A stretch of DNA of 64,000 nucleotides from Candidatus Obscuribacteraceae bacterium (GCA_044229845.1 JBGASG010000011.1:64001-128000); one strand, 5' to 3'; positions 40,465 through 50,402 are shown, counted from the stretch's first letter. Numbers and translations: made by a program. Notes: generated by a model not told the origin, from the letters alone.

Positions 40465-41334
40465 TTATCTCCTGGTTAACTTGTCGCGGGCCGGTTTCTT
40501 CCGTGTGCGGTAGCCCACTGCCACGGCCGCAATCAGAATTGCAGCCCCGATAAACCCCATCATTTCTACAGCTCCAGAAACTGGTTTATTGGACCCAACT
40601 CCTTTAAGAGTCGACATGTATGCTGCCAGGTCAACGGCTTCGTCGTGAGTAACCGGGCTGTCTTTGTAAGCATTTTTCATGACCCGGTAGGGTGTCTTTT
40701 CCGCTGCCACCACCAGCGCTACCATATTGAATTTCGTGGCGACGGCACCGAGGTCTGGACCCAACCCTCCCTTTGTCTCTCCCGTCACGCTGTGACACGA
40801 GACGCATGCCATGCCCTGGTTTTTCAATGAGCGCTTTCCGGAGAACAATTCTTCGCCTGCAACCACAGATCCCGGCTGTTCGGTTTTTACCGGCGGCTCA
40901 GTTTCGACGTGCTTGGTAGTACCGGCGGCAGTGCTTGAGGCATCCGAACTGGTGGCTGTGCCGGTTGCGGTAGTGTCAGACGATGGTTTGGTCTCAGCAG
41001 ACGTCGTGCTCGTCGTTGGGTTCAGTGCGGCTGCGTCCGATCCGCCGCCTTTGAGATATTTGACCAGTGTGGTAATCTCGGCCGCTGTCATAGGACCGGC
41101 CTGACTTTGCATCCGGGTCACATTACCTTCGATCTGAGATTCCGCCTGCAGTTTCGCGCCGCCCAGATCTGGACCGACGAGTGGACCTTTCCCTATCGTG
41201 TGGCAGCTGGCGCACTTTTCGGTAAACAACTGCGAACCATCCTGGGCAGCGGCGTTGATCGGTACCGCCAGCGATATCGCTACAAGCACCCGAGATGCGA
41301 TCTTTGCTGTCGTCCTCAAGCGCATTCTTGTCAT
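40465..41334 (-). CDS. Membrane-anchored diheme cytochrome c (NarC-like)
   Basis: Signal peptide, CASCH and CVSCH, Thr/Ser linker, C-terminal TM; directly upstream of narG. Confidence 0.85.
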   Translation of the reverse strand: MTRMRLRTTAKIASRVLVAISLAVPINAAAQDGSQLFTEKCASCHTIGKGPLVGPDLGGAKLQAESQIEGNVTRMQSQAGPMTAAEITTLVKYLKGGGSDAAALNPTTSTTSAETKPSSDTTATGTATSSDASSTAAGTTKHVETEPPVKTEQPGSVVAGEELFSGKRSLKNQGMACVSCHSVTGETKGGLGPDLGAVATKFNMVALVVAAEKTPYRVMKNAYKDSPVTHDEAVDLAAYMSTLKGVGSNKPVSGAVEMMGFIGAAILIAAVAVGYRTRKKPARDKLTRR

Positions 41335-41384
41335 CCGGCTTCCTTCCGCGACCACCTTCAATAAAATCTGCGCTGCTCGAAGCT

Positions 41385-42866
41385 TTAGTCGCTGCATTGA
41401 TTATGAAGTGAACGAATGGTCCCGATCCTTCGGCGGATGCGCAGTTTGTTCAAAACTGCATCGGCAGCTCGCCTGGCAGATGCAAGACAATCAGGAATCC
41501 CGATGCCGCTGTATGCGTTACCAGCCAGGTACAAATCATCACAGCCGCCTAACTCTGCCTGCAAATCTTGCATGCGTTCCAGGTGCCCGACTTCGTACTG
41601 CGGCAGCGCATTGTCGTGCCTGGTCACCCAGACCTGGAGCGGCGGTCTTTCGACACCAACATAGTCTTCAAGGTCTTTCAGCAAGGCAGCAACGACGTCC
41701 TGGTTACTGGCGCCATCCAAAAGGCTCTGTCCTTCTCTGCTGAGAGACACGCGCAACAAGACTTTATCCTCCTCCGTCCTGCCACCGAATTTGATGCTTG
41801 TGAATGTACACGCACTCGTAAAGCGCCCCTCTTTTGGAGGAACAACGAACCCAAAGCCGTCCAGAGCATGTCGGATGTCTTTTCGGTAAAAAAGAAGATT
41901 GACGATAACAGTCGGTGCGTACGCGATCTGCCTGAGTTTGTGCCCGAGGGAAGCATTTATAGGGCAGAGGAGTTGTCCGGCTATGTTGGCTGGAGTTGCC
42001 ACCACCACACTGTGAGCTCCTATTCGCTTACCGCTGCACAGGCAGATTTCATACCCGTACTCTGGCAGCGTGCTGTGTACGATGTGATCTACGGGTGTAT
42101 TGAGACAAACTGAACCGGCAGGCAGGTGGCGTAAGAGCCCATCGATCAATACTTGCATTCCACGGTCGAAACTTGCAAATAGCCCATAGCGTGATCCTGC
42201 AACAGCTGAATTCCGACCATCCTTCTTTTGTAGTTTCTGCTTCCACAATCCGCGAATAATGCTTCCGCACTCAGCTTCGTACTGCACCATTTGCGGTACC
42301 GTACATTTGGAACTCAAAAGACGAGCGTCCCCACCATAAATTCCTGCGATCATCGGCTCGGCTAGCTGCGTGAAAGCCTCCTGCCCGAGACGTCGCTGCA
42401 CAAAATCGGCTAAACTCTCGTCCACTGCATCGCCTTTGCGAGGAATAACGAGATCCATAGCCATGCGAATTTTACAGGGCACACTGACCACACCGGTAGT
42501 GAGCCAGGGCCGGAACTTCGTAGGAGCAAACAAGACGAATCCATCCGGCATGGGATGCAGTTTGCTCCGGCGAGCTATAAAGGTGCGTCGATGCTTTTCG
42601 TTGGTGGATATTACACTGTGCGTCAGTCCCAACTCCCGCACCAGATCGACAACCTGGGGCTTCGCCGTTAGAAATGCTTCGGGTCCTTTATCTATCACGG
42701 CACCGGCAGCGACCTCGGTCGCTATCACGCCTCCAGCGCGACCACTGCCTTCCAGGACGATAACCTCCACCTGTGCGCAATCGCTGCCGCGATGAATGAA
42801 ATATGCTGCCGCAAGGCCAGATATCCCCGCTCCGATCACGACAATTCGAGTGCGACTCTCAACCAT
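41385..42866 (-). CDS. hemY: Protoporphyrinogen/coproporphyrinogen oxidase (HemY)
   Basis: IGAGISGL, GPEAF, GIYGGD, DGFGFVVP, LPQYEVGH, GIGIPDC. Confidence 0.9.
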   Translation of the reverse strand: MVESRTRIVVIGAGISGLAAAYFIHRGSDCAQVEVIVLEGSGRAGGVIATEVAAGAVIDKGPEAFLTAKPQVVDLVRELGLTHSVISTNEKHRRTFIARRSKLHPMPDGFVLFAPTKFRPWLTTGVVSVPCKIRMAMDLVIPRKGDAVDESLADFVQRRLGQEAFTQLAEPMIAGIYGGDARLLSSKCTVPQMVQYEAECGSIIRGLWKQKLQKKDGRNSAVAGSRYGLFASFDRGMQVLIDGLLRHLPAGSVCLNTPVDHIVHSTLPEYGYEICLCSGKRIGAHSVVVATPANIAGQLLCPINASLGHKLRQIAYAPTVIVNLLFYRKDIRHALDGFGFVVPPKEGRFTSACTFTSIKFGGRTEEDKVLLRVSLSREGQSLLDGASNQDVVAALLKDLEDYVGVERPPLQVWVTRHDNALPQYEVGHLERMQDLQAELGGCDDLYLAGNAYSGIGIPDCLASARRAADAVLNKLRIRRRIGTIRSLHNQCSD

Positions 42867-42935
42867 AACTTGAGCTGTTCACAGCAAGGTTCCCATCAAC
42901 CAACCCAAAGATACGTCAAGCCAGCACCTTGGACG

Positions 42936-42951
42936 TCAACCGAAAGGACGA
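42936..42951. promoter_or_regulatory. Palindromic operator candidate TCAACC-GAAA-GGACGA
   Basis: Variant of the recurring motif between the divergent hemY-nar operon and narK. Confidence 0.55.
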
Positions 42952-43075
42952 TTCACTTCCGAATCAATCTCGCCACTGTCCGATCGATGGATAAAAGATC
43001 AATGGACTATCAATAAACTGTGCAGCCGGCAGCGCAAGCAATGACTAAGGAGGATGTTGAACGTGAAGGTGACCA

Positions 43076-44617
43076 ATGAATAAATCCAGCGACTCACAGC
43101 CGCCATCCGTCCTGGCAAACAACAACACCAGAGCTGTGCAAGTCCTGGCGGCCAATACGGCTTCCTTTGCTGTTTGCTTCGCCTGCTGGATGCTGTATGG
43201 CGTTTTGATCACTTTTCTAGTCGACAACAACGTCTTCAAATGGAACCCATCGCAGATGGGATGGTTGATCGGCATTCCCGTGTTAACGGGCTCCATCATG
43301 CGCTTGCCGGTCGGAGTACTCACCGACAGATATGGCGGTAGAGCGGTCTATGCCGTCTTGATGCTAATTTCGGCCGCGTCCATGTTCATGGTCGGGTTCT
43401 GCAATTCCTTTGTTGAATTTCTTGTTGCCGGACTTTGCTTCGGACTGAGCGGAGCGGCCTTCGCCGTAGGAGTTGCGTACACGTCGATCTGGTTCCCTAA
43501 AGAAAGACAGGGCTTTGCTTTGGGCATATTTGGAGCAGGCAACGCCGGCGCCGCTATCACCAGCTTCGGTGCACCACAGCTTTTGTCTTGGCTAACGCAC
43601 AACATGCAGAACATAGAAGGGTGGCGACACTTACCTCGATTGTACGCCGCTGCATTAGTCGTAATGACAGTCATATTCTGGTTGCTGACTTCGACGAAGA
43701 AAGTGCAAGGTAAAGAAGGCATGACCATCATGCAACAGCTTGCACCATTGAAAAACGTACGGGTTTGGAGATTCGGACTCTACTACTTCCTTGTCTTCGG
43801 CGGATTCGTTGCTCTCTCACAATGGTTGATTCCGTATTACTTGAACGTCTACGGCATGAGTTTGGCTCTGGCCGGTTTCATGGCTGCGCTTTTTAGTTTG
43901 CCCTCGGGAGTGATTCGCGCTCTCGGCGGCTGGATGTCCGACAAGTGGGGAGCGCGCAACGTAATGTATGTGGTACTGGTATCGTGTTTGGTTGCCTGCG
44001 CACTTTTGTGTGTACCGCGCATGGACATTCAGTCACCAGGTCCAGGAGTGATGGCCATGCAAAAAGGTATAGTGACTGCAATCACCGCCGATTGCGTCCA
44101 AGTTGACGACAAACGATATGCAATCAAACCCAGGCATCCAGAAAATGTTGTCACCATCGCCGATAAGAACGACAGTATGCTGATTTGGCCAACCCTGGTG
44201 TCATGGCAAGAACCGATGGTGAAGGTCGGTGATACAGTTCAGCGCAAGCAGGTTTTGGCTCGTGGAGTGACGCACATCTTTTTCCAGGCAAATGTCTGGA
44301 TATTCACCGTCCTTGTATTTATCATCGGTGTCATGACCGGCATTGGCAAAGCCGCGGTTTACAGGCACATTCCCGACTACTTCCCGCACGATGTCGGGGT
44401 CGTGGGCGGTATCGTCGGAGTCATCGGTGGGCTGGGAGGCTTCGTCGGACCGATACTCTTTGGTTATTTCTTGGACGTCAGTGGAATCTGGACCACCTGT
44501 TGGGTGTTTTTCGCCATCCTCAGCGCGGTCTGCCTGACCTGGATGCATTGGACTATTTCACACATGATGAATGAGCACGCACCGGAACTGGCTCGCCAGA
44601 TGGCAACGCGAATCTGA
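43076..44617 (+). CDS. narK: Nitrate/nitrite transporter (NarK family) with inserted soluble domain
   Basis: GAAFAVGVAY, FGAGNAG, GIGKAAVY, GGLGGF; soluble insert at 44021-44280. Confidence 0.9.
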   Translation: MNKSSDSQPPSVLANNNTRAVQVLAANTASFAVCFACWMLYGVLITFLVDNNVFKWNPSQMGWLIGIPVLTGSIMRLPVGVLTDRYGGRAVYAVLMLISAASMFMVGFCNSFVEFLVAGLCFGLSGAAFAVGVAYTSIWFPKERQGFALGIFGAGNAGAAITSFGAPQLLSWLTHNMQNIEGWRHLPRLYAAALVVMTVIFWLLTSTKKVQGKEGMTIMQQLAPLKNVRVWRFGLYYFLVFGGFVALSQWLIPYYLNVYGMSLALAGFMAALFSLPSGVIRALGGWMSDKWGARNVMYVVLVSCLVACALLCVPRMDIQSPGPGVMAMQKGIVTAITADCVQVDDKRYAIKPRHPENVVTIADKNDSMLIWPTLVSWQEPMVKVGDTVQRKQVLARGVTHIFFQANVWIFTVLVFIIGVMTGIGKAAVYRHIPDYFPHDVGVVGGIVGVIGGLGGFVGPILFGYFLDVSGIWTTCWVFFAILSAVCLTWMHWTISHMMNEHAPELARQMATRI

Positions 44618-44722
44618 TCATTCAACTACTCCTCAAGGCAGGCAAGCCGCGCCCAGCTACGATCAATACAGACGCCAATCGTCCAGACCGCAAGAAAGGC
44701 ATCAACGCCAACGCGTCGAACT

Positions 44723-45166
44723 TTATTGCAGTTTCAAGTTTGGAAAGAGACAAAGTCGCGCATTTGCGGGAGTTTGTAGCAGCTCGCTTATTTTTGTCTG
44801 TGCAAAGGCTTCCTCGATTAGCCCAACAGCGTCATCCAGTCTCTTATGAAGCGGACAGAGGTTGCTTGCGTGCTCTTCTAAACCGAGCGGGCAGACTTCG
44901 ATTCGCTGAATCGGGTCGACGGCGTTGATGACTTCCAAGATTGAAATTTCCTCTGGCTCTCTATCAAGTGAGAAGCCACCTCCTAATCCTCTTTGTGATT
45001 GAACTAGCCTGGCCTTGATAAGTGGCTGTAGAACCTTGGAGAGGTAAGCTGCCGGCACTTGGGTGGCTTTCGCGATCTGATCAGCTGTATACGCCGTATC
45101 GCTATGATTTGCCAAAAATACGACCGCGCGCAGAGCGTATTCGGCAGTTTGCGAAATCATCGACAA
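44723..45166 (-). CDS. Rrf2-family transcriptional regulator (paralog of 24984)
   Basis: AEYALRAV, SQRGLGGGF, CPLG...CPLH; divergent from qNor. Confidence 0.92.
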   Translation of the reverse strand: MSMISQTAEYALRAVVFLANHSDTAYTADQIAKATQVPAAYLSKVLQPLIKARLVQSQRGLGGGFSLDREPEEISILEVINAVDPIQRIEVCPLGLEEHASNLCPLHKRLDDAVGLIEEAFAQTKISELLQTPANARLCLFPNLKLQ

Positions 45167-45243
45167 GGCTCACTTCCTCCGTGGACTCCATTGACAGCCA
45201 CTATGAGATTACATGACCGTAGTACCTATGGCTTAGTCAGATA

Positions 45244-45264
45244 TCCAGATATTGATATCGGTTT
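45244..45264. promoter_or_regulatory. Candidate Rrf2-type operator
   Basis: TCCAGATATTGATATCGGTTT imperfect palindrome between rrf2 and qNor. Confidence 0.45.
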
Positions 45265-45318
45265 TCTCGTCTGCTAGCATGCGTGTCACCCTGGAGTGTG
45301 CAACCGATGGAGGTTTCG

Positions 45319-47565
45319 ATGTCCTGGAGATGGAAGCTAGCAGTGCTGTTTGTGTTAATAGCGGGTTTTTCGACCTTAATTTTTATGGGACATGAAACCA
45401 GTAATCAAGCACCACCAATTCCAGATCAGGTCGTCACTACCGAAGGAAAGGTCATTTTTACCGGCAAAGACATCCTTGAGGGACAGGGAGTCTTTCAAAA
45501 GTATGGGCTCATGGACGTGGGCTCCTTTTTTGGTCACGGTGCGTATAACGGTCCTGACTTCTCCGCTGATTACCTCCACCGTGAAGCCGTGATCTCGTTA
45601 GATCGAGTCGCTCAGAGCCGGTTCGGCAAACCATTTGCACAACTGGAGGCTGGCGCCCAAGGTGATCTGACCAACAGCCTCAAACACGAGTTCAAAGAAA
45701 ACAGATACGATCCGAAATCGAAAACGCTTACCTGGACGGATAACCAGGTGGAAGCATACCGGCAACTCCAACAGTACTATGATACCGACTTTGGTGCTGG
45801 TCGCAAGTTACCATTGCCCGTCGACTACATCAAAGACTCCCAAGAGCGCCTACAACTCAGCCGTTTTTTCTCCTGGGGGTCCTGGGTGTGTTCAACAAAT
45901 CGCCCGGGCAAGGACTACACCTACACAAATAACTGGCCTCCGGAACAACTTGTCGGCAACGGACCGAACTGGCATATCTTCTTCTGGAGCGCTATGAGTC
46001 TTGTGATGCTCATTGGTGGTATCGGTCTGACTCAGTTCTTGCTGAGCGCATTTCCGGGATTGGGCTGGATGCCTGATGGCGGCGGCATGACTGACAATGT
46101 CAAAGAGTACAAACCATATCGTTCTCAGACCTCGCTATATCCCTATTTTGCTGTTGTCGTGCTGCTGTTTTTGTTTCAGACTGCATTTGGTGTCGTAACA
46201 GCGCACTACATTGTGGAGCAAGGCTTTTACGGCTTCGATATCCGCAACATCTTCCCATACAGCATTACGAGAAGCTGGCATTTGCAGCTTTCCATTTTTT
46301 GGATTGCTACGGCCTGGCTTGCGGCAGGTATGTTCATGGCGCCAATGCTTTCAAAGCACGAGCCTAAAGCGCAACACTGGCTAGTCAAAATTCTGTTTGT
46401 CGCCATTTTGATTGTTGCAGTCGGGAGCATCGGCGGCGAATGGCTTGGTGTCAAAAATATGCTTGGCAATCTTTGGTTCTGGTTCGGGCATCAAGGTTGG
46501 GAATATCTAGAGCTAGGACGCTTCTGGCAAGCCCTTCTGACCATAGGAATGGTGCTCTGGGCCGTCATTGTTTTTCGCAGCATTAACCCTTTGCTGAAAG
46601 GAAAGGATCTCGGAAGTCTCCCCTACATGCTGCTCTACGGCGTCATGGCAATTCCGTTGTTCTTTAGCTTCGGCATGATGTACCATCCCGGCACGAATTT
46701 TGCAGTTGCCGATTTTTGGCGCTGGTGGGTCGTTCACTTGTGGGTGGAAGGCATCTTTGAACTGTATACAACAATCATTGTTGCTTATTTCTTCTGCAGT
46801 CTCGGCATGGTTTCGGAAAAATCCGCTCTATCTGTCATTTACGTTGACATCATTTTGTATCTGGGCAGCGGCATTGTTGGAATCGGTCACCACTACTACT
46901 GGACGGCACAGCCCGCAATCAACATGGCATTGGGTTCAATGATTTCAGCCTGGGAGGTGGTACCGCTGACGTTACTAACGATGGAAGCGTGGAAATTTGT
47001 AGAACTAGCCAAAGTCAAAGGTTCGATAAAAAACTTCTCTCACTATTGGGCGATGATGTTCCTGATAGCAGTAGGATTTTGGAACTTTCTCGGGGCAGGT
47101 GTGTTCGGCTTCTTAGTCAACACGCCGATCGTCAGCTACTACGAGCACGCGACTTATCTGACCTCAAACCACGGACACGCGGCTCTCATGGGTGTGTACG
47201 GAATGCTCGCGGTAGCAGCCGTTTTATTTTGCACACGCTACCTGATGATTGAAGATGCTTGGAGCAACCGATTGGCAGCGCTTTCTTTCTGGGGCTTGAA
47301 CATCGGACTCTTGCTCATGTTAGTGCTCAACATATTCCCGGCTGGCGTAATCCAAATGGTGGAAAGCTATCAAAACGGCTTCTGGTCTGCTCGCAGCCCA
47401 GAGTTCGTCCAGTCGCACCTGTTTCAGGTGTTTACCTGGCTACGTGTCGTTGGTGATTTAACTTTTGTCGTAGTGGGCGTATTCCCGCTAGTTTTCCTAG
47501 TTCTCAGAGGCATATTTCATTTGCGACCAGCGAGGCAGCCCGAAAGTCTTCCGCAAACTACCTAG
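45319..47565 (+). CDS. norZ: Quinol-dependent nitric oxide reductase (qNor)
   Basis: GHGAY.GPDFSADYLH, YTNNWP, WWVVHLWVEGIFE, GHH, NHGHAALMGVYG; GGAGG RBS. Confidence 0.93.
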   Translation: MSWRWKLAVLFVLIAGFSTLIFMGHETSNQAPPIPDQVVTTEGKVIFTGKDILEGQGVFQKYGLMDVGSFFGHGAYNGPDFSADYLHREAVISLDRVAQSRFGKPFAQLEAGAQGDLTNSLKHEFKENRYDPKSKTLTWTDNQVEAYRQLQQYYDTDFGAGRKLPLPVDYIKDSQERLQLSRFFSWGSWVCSTNRPGKDYTYTNNWPPEQLVGNGPNWHIFFWSAMSLVMLIGGIGLTQFLLSAFPGLGWMPDGGGMTDNVKEYKPYRSQTSLYPYFAVVVLLFLFQTAFGVVTAHYIVEQGFYGFDIRNIFPYSITRSWHLQLSIFWIATAWLAAGMFMAPMLSKHEPKAQHWLVKILFVAILIVAVGSIGGEWLGVKNMLGNLWFWFGHQGWEYLELGRFWQALLTIGMVLWAVIVFRSINPLLKGKDLGSLPYMLLYGVMAIPLFFSFGMMYHPGTNFAVADFWRWWVVHLWVEGIFELYTTIIVAYFFCSLGMVSEKSALSVIYVDIILYLGSGIVGIGHHYYWTAQPAINMALGSMISAWEVVPLTLLTMEAWKFVELAKVKGSIKNFSHYWAMMFLIAVGFWNFLGAGVFGFLVNTPIVSYYEHATYLTSNHGHAALMGVYGMLAVAAVLFCTRYLMIEDAWSNRLAALSFWGLNIGLLLMLVLNIFPAGVIQMVESYQNGFWSARSPEFVQSHLFQVFTWLRVVGDLTFVVVGVFPLVFLVLRGIFHLRPARQPESLPQTT

Positions 47566-47584
47566 ACTAAGCGCGTGGCACACA

Positions 47585-49459
47585 ATTGAGCATAGGTAGG
47601 ATCTCACGATCTTTCCCTGCCACACCACCGTGCGTACGGGTCCGTACACGGCGGTTCGGTGGCGCATTACGCGGCGAGCTGGATCAGCCCCAGCTCGCTG
47701 AAGTACTTGTTGGGAAATGCCAGAGTGAGCGCTGGACTGTTGCTGAGGCGCCAGGCACCGTGTGGGCTGCCAGCGGTCTGTGCAGCGAGGTTCGCGTTTA
47801 CACCTCGTGCCCGCAGCTCCACATATCGCTTACGCCCTCGCTTCCACTGGAGCCAGATGCAACGTCGAAGTCGCCGCCGAATCCAGCTATCCAGTTTGGC
47901 AAGTACCGTAGGCGTTTCGCAGAAACCGAAGTAGCCGCGCCAGCCGGTCAGGTAGCGCGAAAGTTGCTCGACTATCTGTGGCAGGCTCATTCCTTTGGTC
48001 TTGCGTGTGGTCTCTCGGACTCGTTGCTTTAGCCGAGCTATCGCCACGGCGGCGATTCGCCGCCGCGGTTTATTCTCCGCCGTAAAACTAAATCCGAGAA
48101 ACCGTCGGTGGTGGGGTCTGTCAACCGCACTCTTCGCTTTATTGACTTGGAGCTTCAGTTTACGTCCCAGAAACCTTGTGATGCTCTCCATCACGCGATT
48201 CCCGGCTCTCTGAGTCGTGACGTACACGTTGCAATCATCCGCGTAGCGGACGAATTTGTGCCCGCGCTTCTCCAGCTCCTTGTCCAGCACGTCGAGCATG
48301 ACATTGCTCAATAGCGGTGAAAGTGGACCTCCTTGCGGTTGCCCTTCTACGGTCGGTTGAACCAGTCCGCCCTCAAGTACACCGGCGTTGAGGAAGCGAC
48401 GCACCATGCATAGTGCACGCTTGTCTTCAATTCGCTTCGCTAACAACCCCATTAGAACGTCATGGTTGACTCGGTCGAAGAACTTCTCCAAGTCAATGTC
48501 AACTACCCAACGCAGCCCGCTGCCTACAAGATTCTGCGCTTGCCGAACTGCCTGGTGTGCCGAACGTCCTGGACGGAAGCCGAAGCTCGATTGCGAAAAC
48601 GTCTCGTCAAAATAACTCTGCAGAATCTGCTGCATCGTTTGCTGTACAAAACGGTCGAGCACAGTGGGAATGCCAAGCTTCCGCATTCCACCACCCGCCT
48701 TGGGTATCTCAACTCGTCTCAGCGGCTGCGCCGCATAGTTTCCTTCGAGCAGATCTTGCCGAATCTCTTGCCAGTGCGCTTTCAGGTATGCGGGTAGTTG
48801 TTCGACTGTCATCCCGTCAACTCCCGCTGCACCCTTATTCTGAAGCACTTTCTGCAGTGCTCGTTTCGCGTTTCCCTTTGCCACCACCATCTCCATTACT
48901 CGCGAAATGCGTGGGATTTCGGTTTCGGTCGACGGTGTTTGCAATTCGGTCCCTTTTCCGGCTTGCCTCATGGCTTCACCATTTGGCGCCTCGGCGAAGG
49001 TCTCTTTGAGAATTTTCTGCCGCTTCTTGCTCATTAGTCTTCCGTTGTGTGGCGTCCTACTCTCCCTTCCTTTAAGCCCTTGCGGGCGCCGTTCGGACCT
49101 TCGGCATGCTTGCCTACTACGTCCTCTGCTGACTTCTACATTGCGGTCAGATCCCCTTGCGGCCTCAGTCCGATTGCGGACACAATGCAGATCTCCCAGG
49201 GTAAGTTCGATCTCCTTCCTCACATCCTCGCCGGATCTACACCCCCAGCCCTTGATGACTATGCGCTTTGCGTCATCTGCCTGCTCGCGCGGCTGGGTAT
49301 GCCTCAGTATCCGATTCCTGTTCGTCGAGTCGTGAGTTTGCACCACGCTTCCTTCAGACATTGCCTCGCGACTTTACCCTTGCGCGTTGCTAGCACTTCA
49401 CCGTCATCAGGTTGTGTAAAGGACTTTCACCTCCTAGATATCGAACATGCCTGGCACAC
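47585..49459 (-). mobile_element. Group II intron, class IIC-like, inserted downstream of a terminator
   Basis: 5' GTGTGCCAGGCATG at 49459; DV GAACCGCCGTGTACGGACCCGTACGCACGGTGG; 3' end ...CTCAAT; RT ORF inside. Confidence 0.9.
47667..49034 (-). CDS. ltrA: Group II intron reverse transcriptase/maturase (no endonuclease domain)
   Basis: GAAGVDG, LGIPTVLDR, PQGGPLSPLL, RYADD; start uncertain. Confidence 0.92.
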   Translation of the reverse strand: MSKKRQKILKETFAEAPNGEAMRQAGKGTELQTPSTETEIPRISRVMEMVVAKGNAKRALQKVLQNKGAAGVDGMTVEQLPAYLKAHWQEIRQDLLEGNYAAQPLRRVEIPKAGGGMRKLGIPTVLDRFVQQTMQQILQSYFDETFSQSSFGFRPGRSAHQAVRQAQNLVGSGLRWVVDIDLEKFFDRVNHDVLMGLLAKRIEDKRALCMVRRFLNAGVLEGGLVQPTVEGQPQGGPLSPLLSNVMLDVLDKELEKRGHKFVRYADDCNVYVTTQRAGNRVMESITRFLGRKLKLQVNKAKSAVDRPHHRRFLGFSFTAENKPRRRIAAVAIARLKQRVRETTRKTKGMSLPQIVEQLSRYLTGWRGYFGFCETPTVLAKLDSWIRRRLRRCIWLQWKRGRKRYVELRARGVNANLAAQTAGSPHGAWRLSNSPALTLAFPNKYFSELGLIQLAA

Positions 49460-49490
49460 AGAAAGAGAGAGGCATTCAATGCCTCTCTCC
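49460..49490 (-). terminator. Rho-independent terminator of the hsp20 genes
   Basis: GAGAGAGGCA stem with TGCCTCTCTC, then TTTCT on the minus strand. Confidence 0.8.
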
Positions 49491-49512
49491 TGGTTTGCGT
49501 CTCGGTGTAAAC

Positions 49513-50022
49513 TTAGACCGATTTGACAGCGATGCTCTTCGTTTCCTTTCCGGCCGTCACAGCCTTTGGCATTTTGATTGTCAGCACGCCGTGCTTATAC
49601 AGAGCCTCTGCCTTGTCGTCCTGAATTTCGTACGGCAGCATGAGCGAGCGGCTAAACGAGCCATATTGACGCTCCATTCTGTACCAACCTTTCTCGTTCT
49701 CTTCTTTTTCCTGTTTCTTTTCTCCCTTGATGGTCAGAAGACCATTGGCAATCGACACTTCAACATCTTTTTCAGTCATTCCGGGCAACTCAACTTTTAC
49801 AAGCAATTCTTTGTCCGTCTCGCTCACGTCAACACGTGGAGCAATTTCACCGAAACTTTGCTCGCCGCCAAATCCGCTCCGCTCCGGATATTGAAACCAA
49901 TCTCCGGCTCCGAAAAAGTTATCAAACAGACTATTCATCTCGCGTTGCAACGTGTAAACGGGATGCTGCTCTTCATGCCGGATCGGCAAGCGTTTTGATT
50001 TCCATGGTGTCAGATTGAACAT
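49513..50022 (-). CDS. Small heat-shock protein (Hsp20)
   Basis: PRVDVSET, ELPGM, ERQYGSFSR, GVLTIKMPK. Confidence 0.93.
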   Translation of the reverse strand: MFNLTPWKSKRLPIRHEEQHPVYTLQREMNSLFDNFFGAGDWFQYPERSGFGGEQSFGEIAPRVDVSETDKELLVKVELPGMTEKDVEVSIANGLLTIKGEKKQEKEENEKGWYRMERQYGSFSRSLMLPYEIQDDKAEALYKHGVLTIKMPKAVTAGKETKSIAVKSV

Positions 50023-50402
50023 ATTGAAATTCTCCTTTTGCTTGAAATTTGTACTTCACTTTTGGGAAGCATGAGCCTCAGCAGTCCATTTGAAAACTGC
50101 GCTTCAATCTTTTCCTCATTGACGCCATCGCCAATAGCAAGGCTGCGCTGGTAATCGCCGAGGGCAAACTCTGAATACTGCAGTTTTGCGCCCTCAGGCG
50201 GAAGCTCTACAGCCAGAGCCGCACTAATCATCAGGATTCCTTCTTGTACCTGCACCTGCAGGCTGCGCGGATCGGCCCCCGATAGTTCCACATAAATCCG
50301 ATAGGCATCATCGGTCTCGTAAACAGAAATGAGTGCGCGGCAAGATGATTTCGCCGGCAATTTATCGACTGGCTTTGTTTTGTCCAATGCGGCTCCGTGC
50401 AT
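50010..50402 (-). CDS. Small heat-shock protein (Hsp20-like)
   Basis: VYETDD, DYQRSL, NGLLRLMLPK; AAGGAGG RBS. Confidence 0.85.
   Translation of the reverse strand: MHGAALDKTKPVDKLPAKSSCRALISVYETDDAYRIYVELSGADPRSLQVQVQEGILMISAALAVELPPEGAKLQYSEFALGDYQRSLAIGDGVNEEKIEAQFSNGLLRLMLPKSEVQISSKRRISICSI

Noticed and set aside
45319..47565. qNor as a possible NO dismutase
   Set aside because: Canonical active-site His and Glu residues (HLWVEGIFE, HH, HGH) are retained
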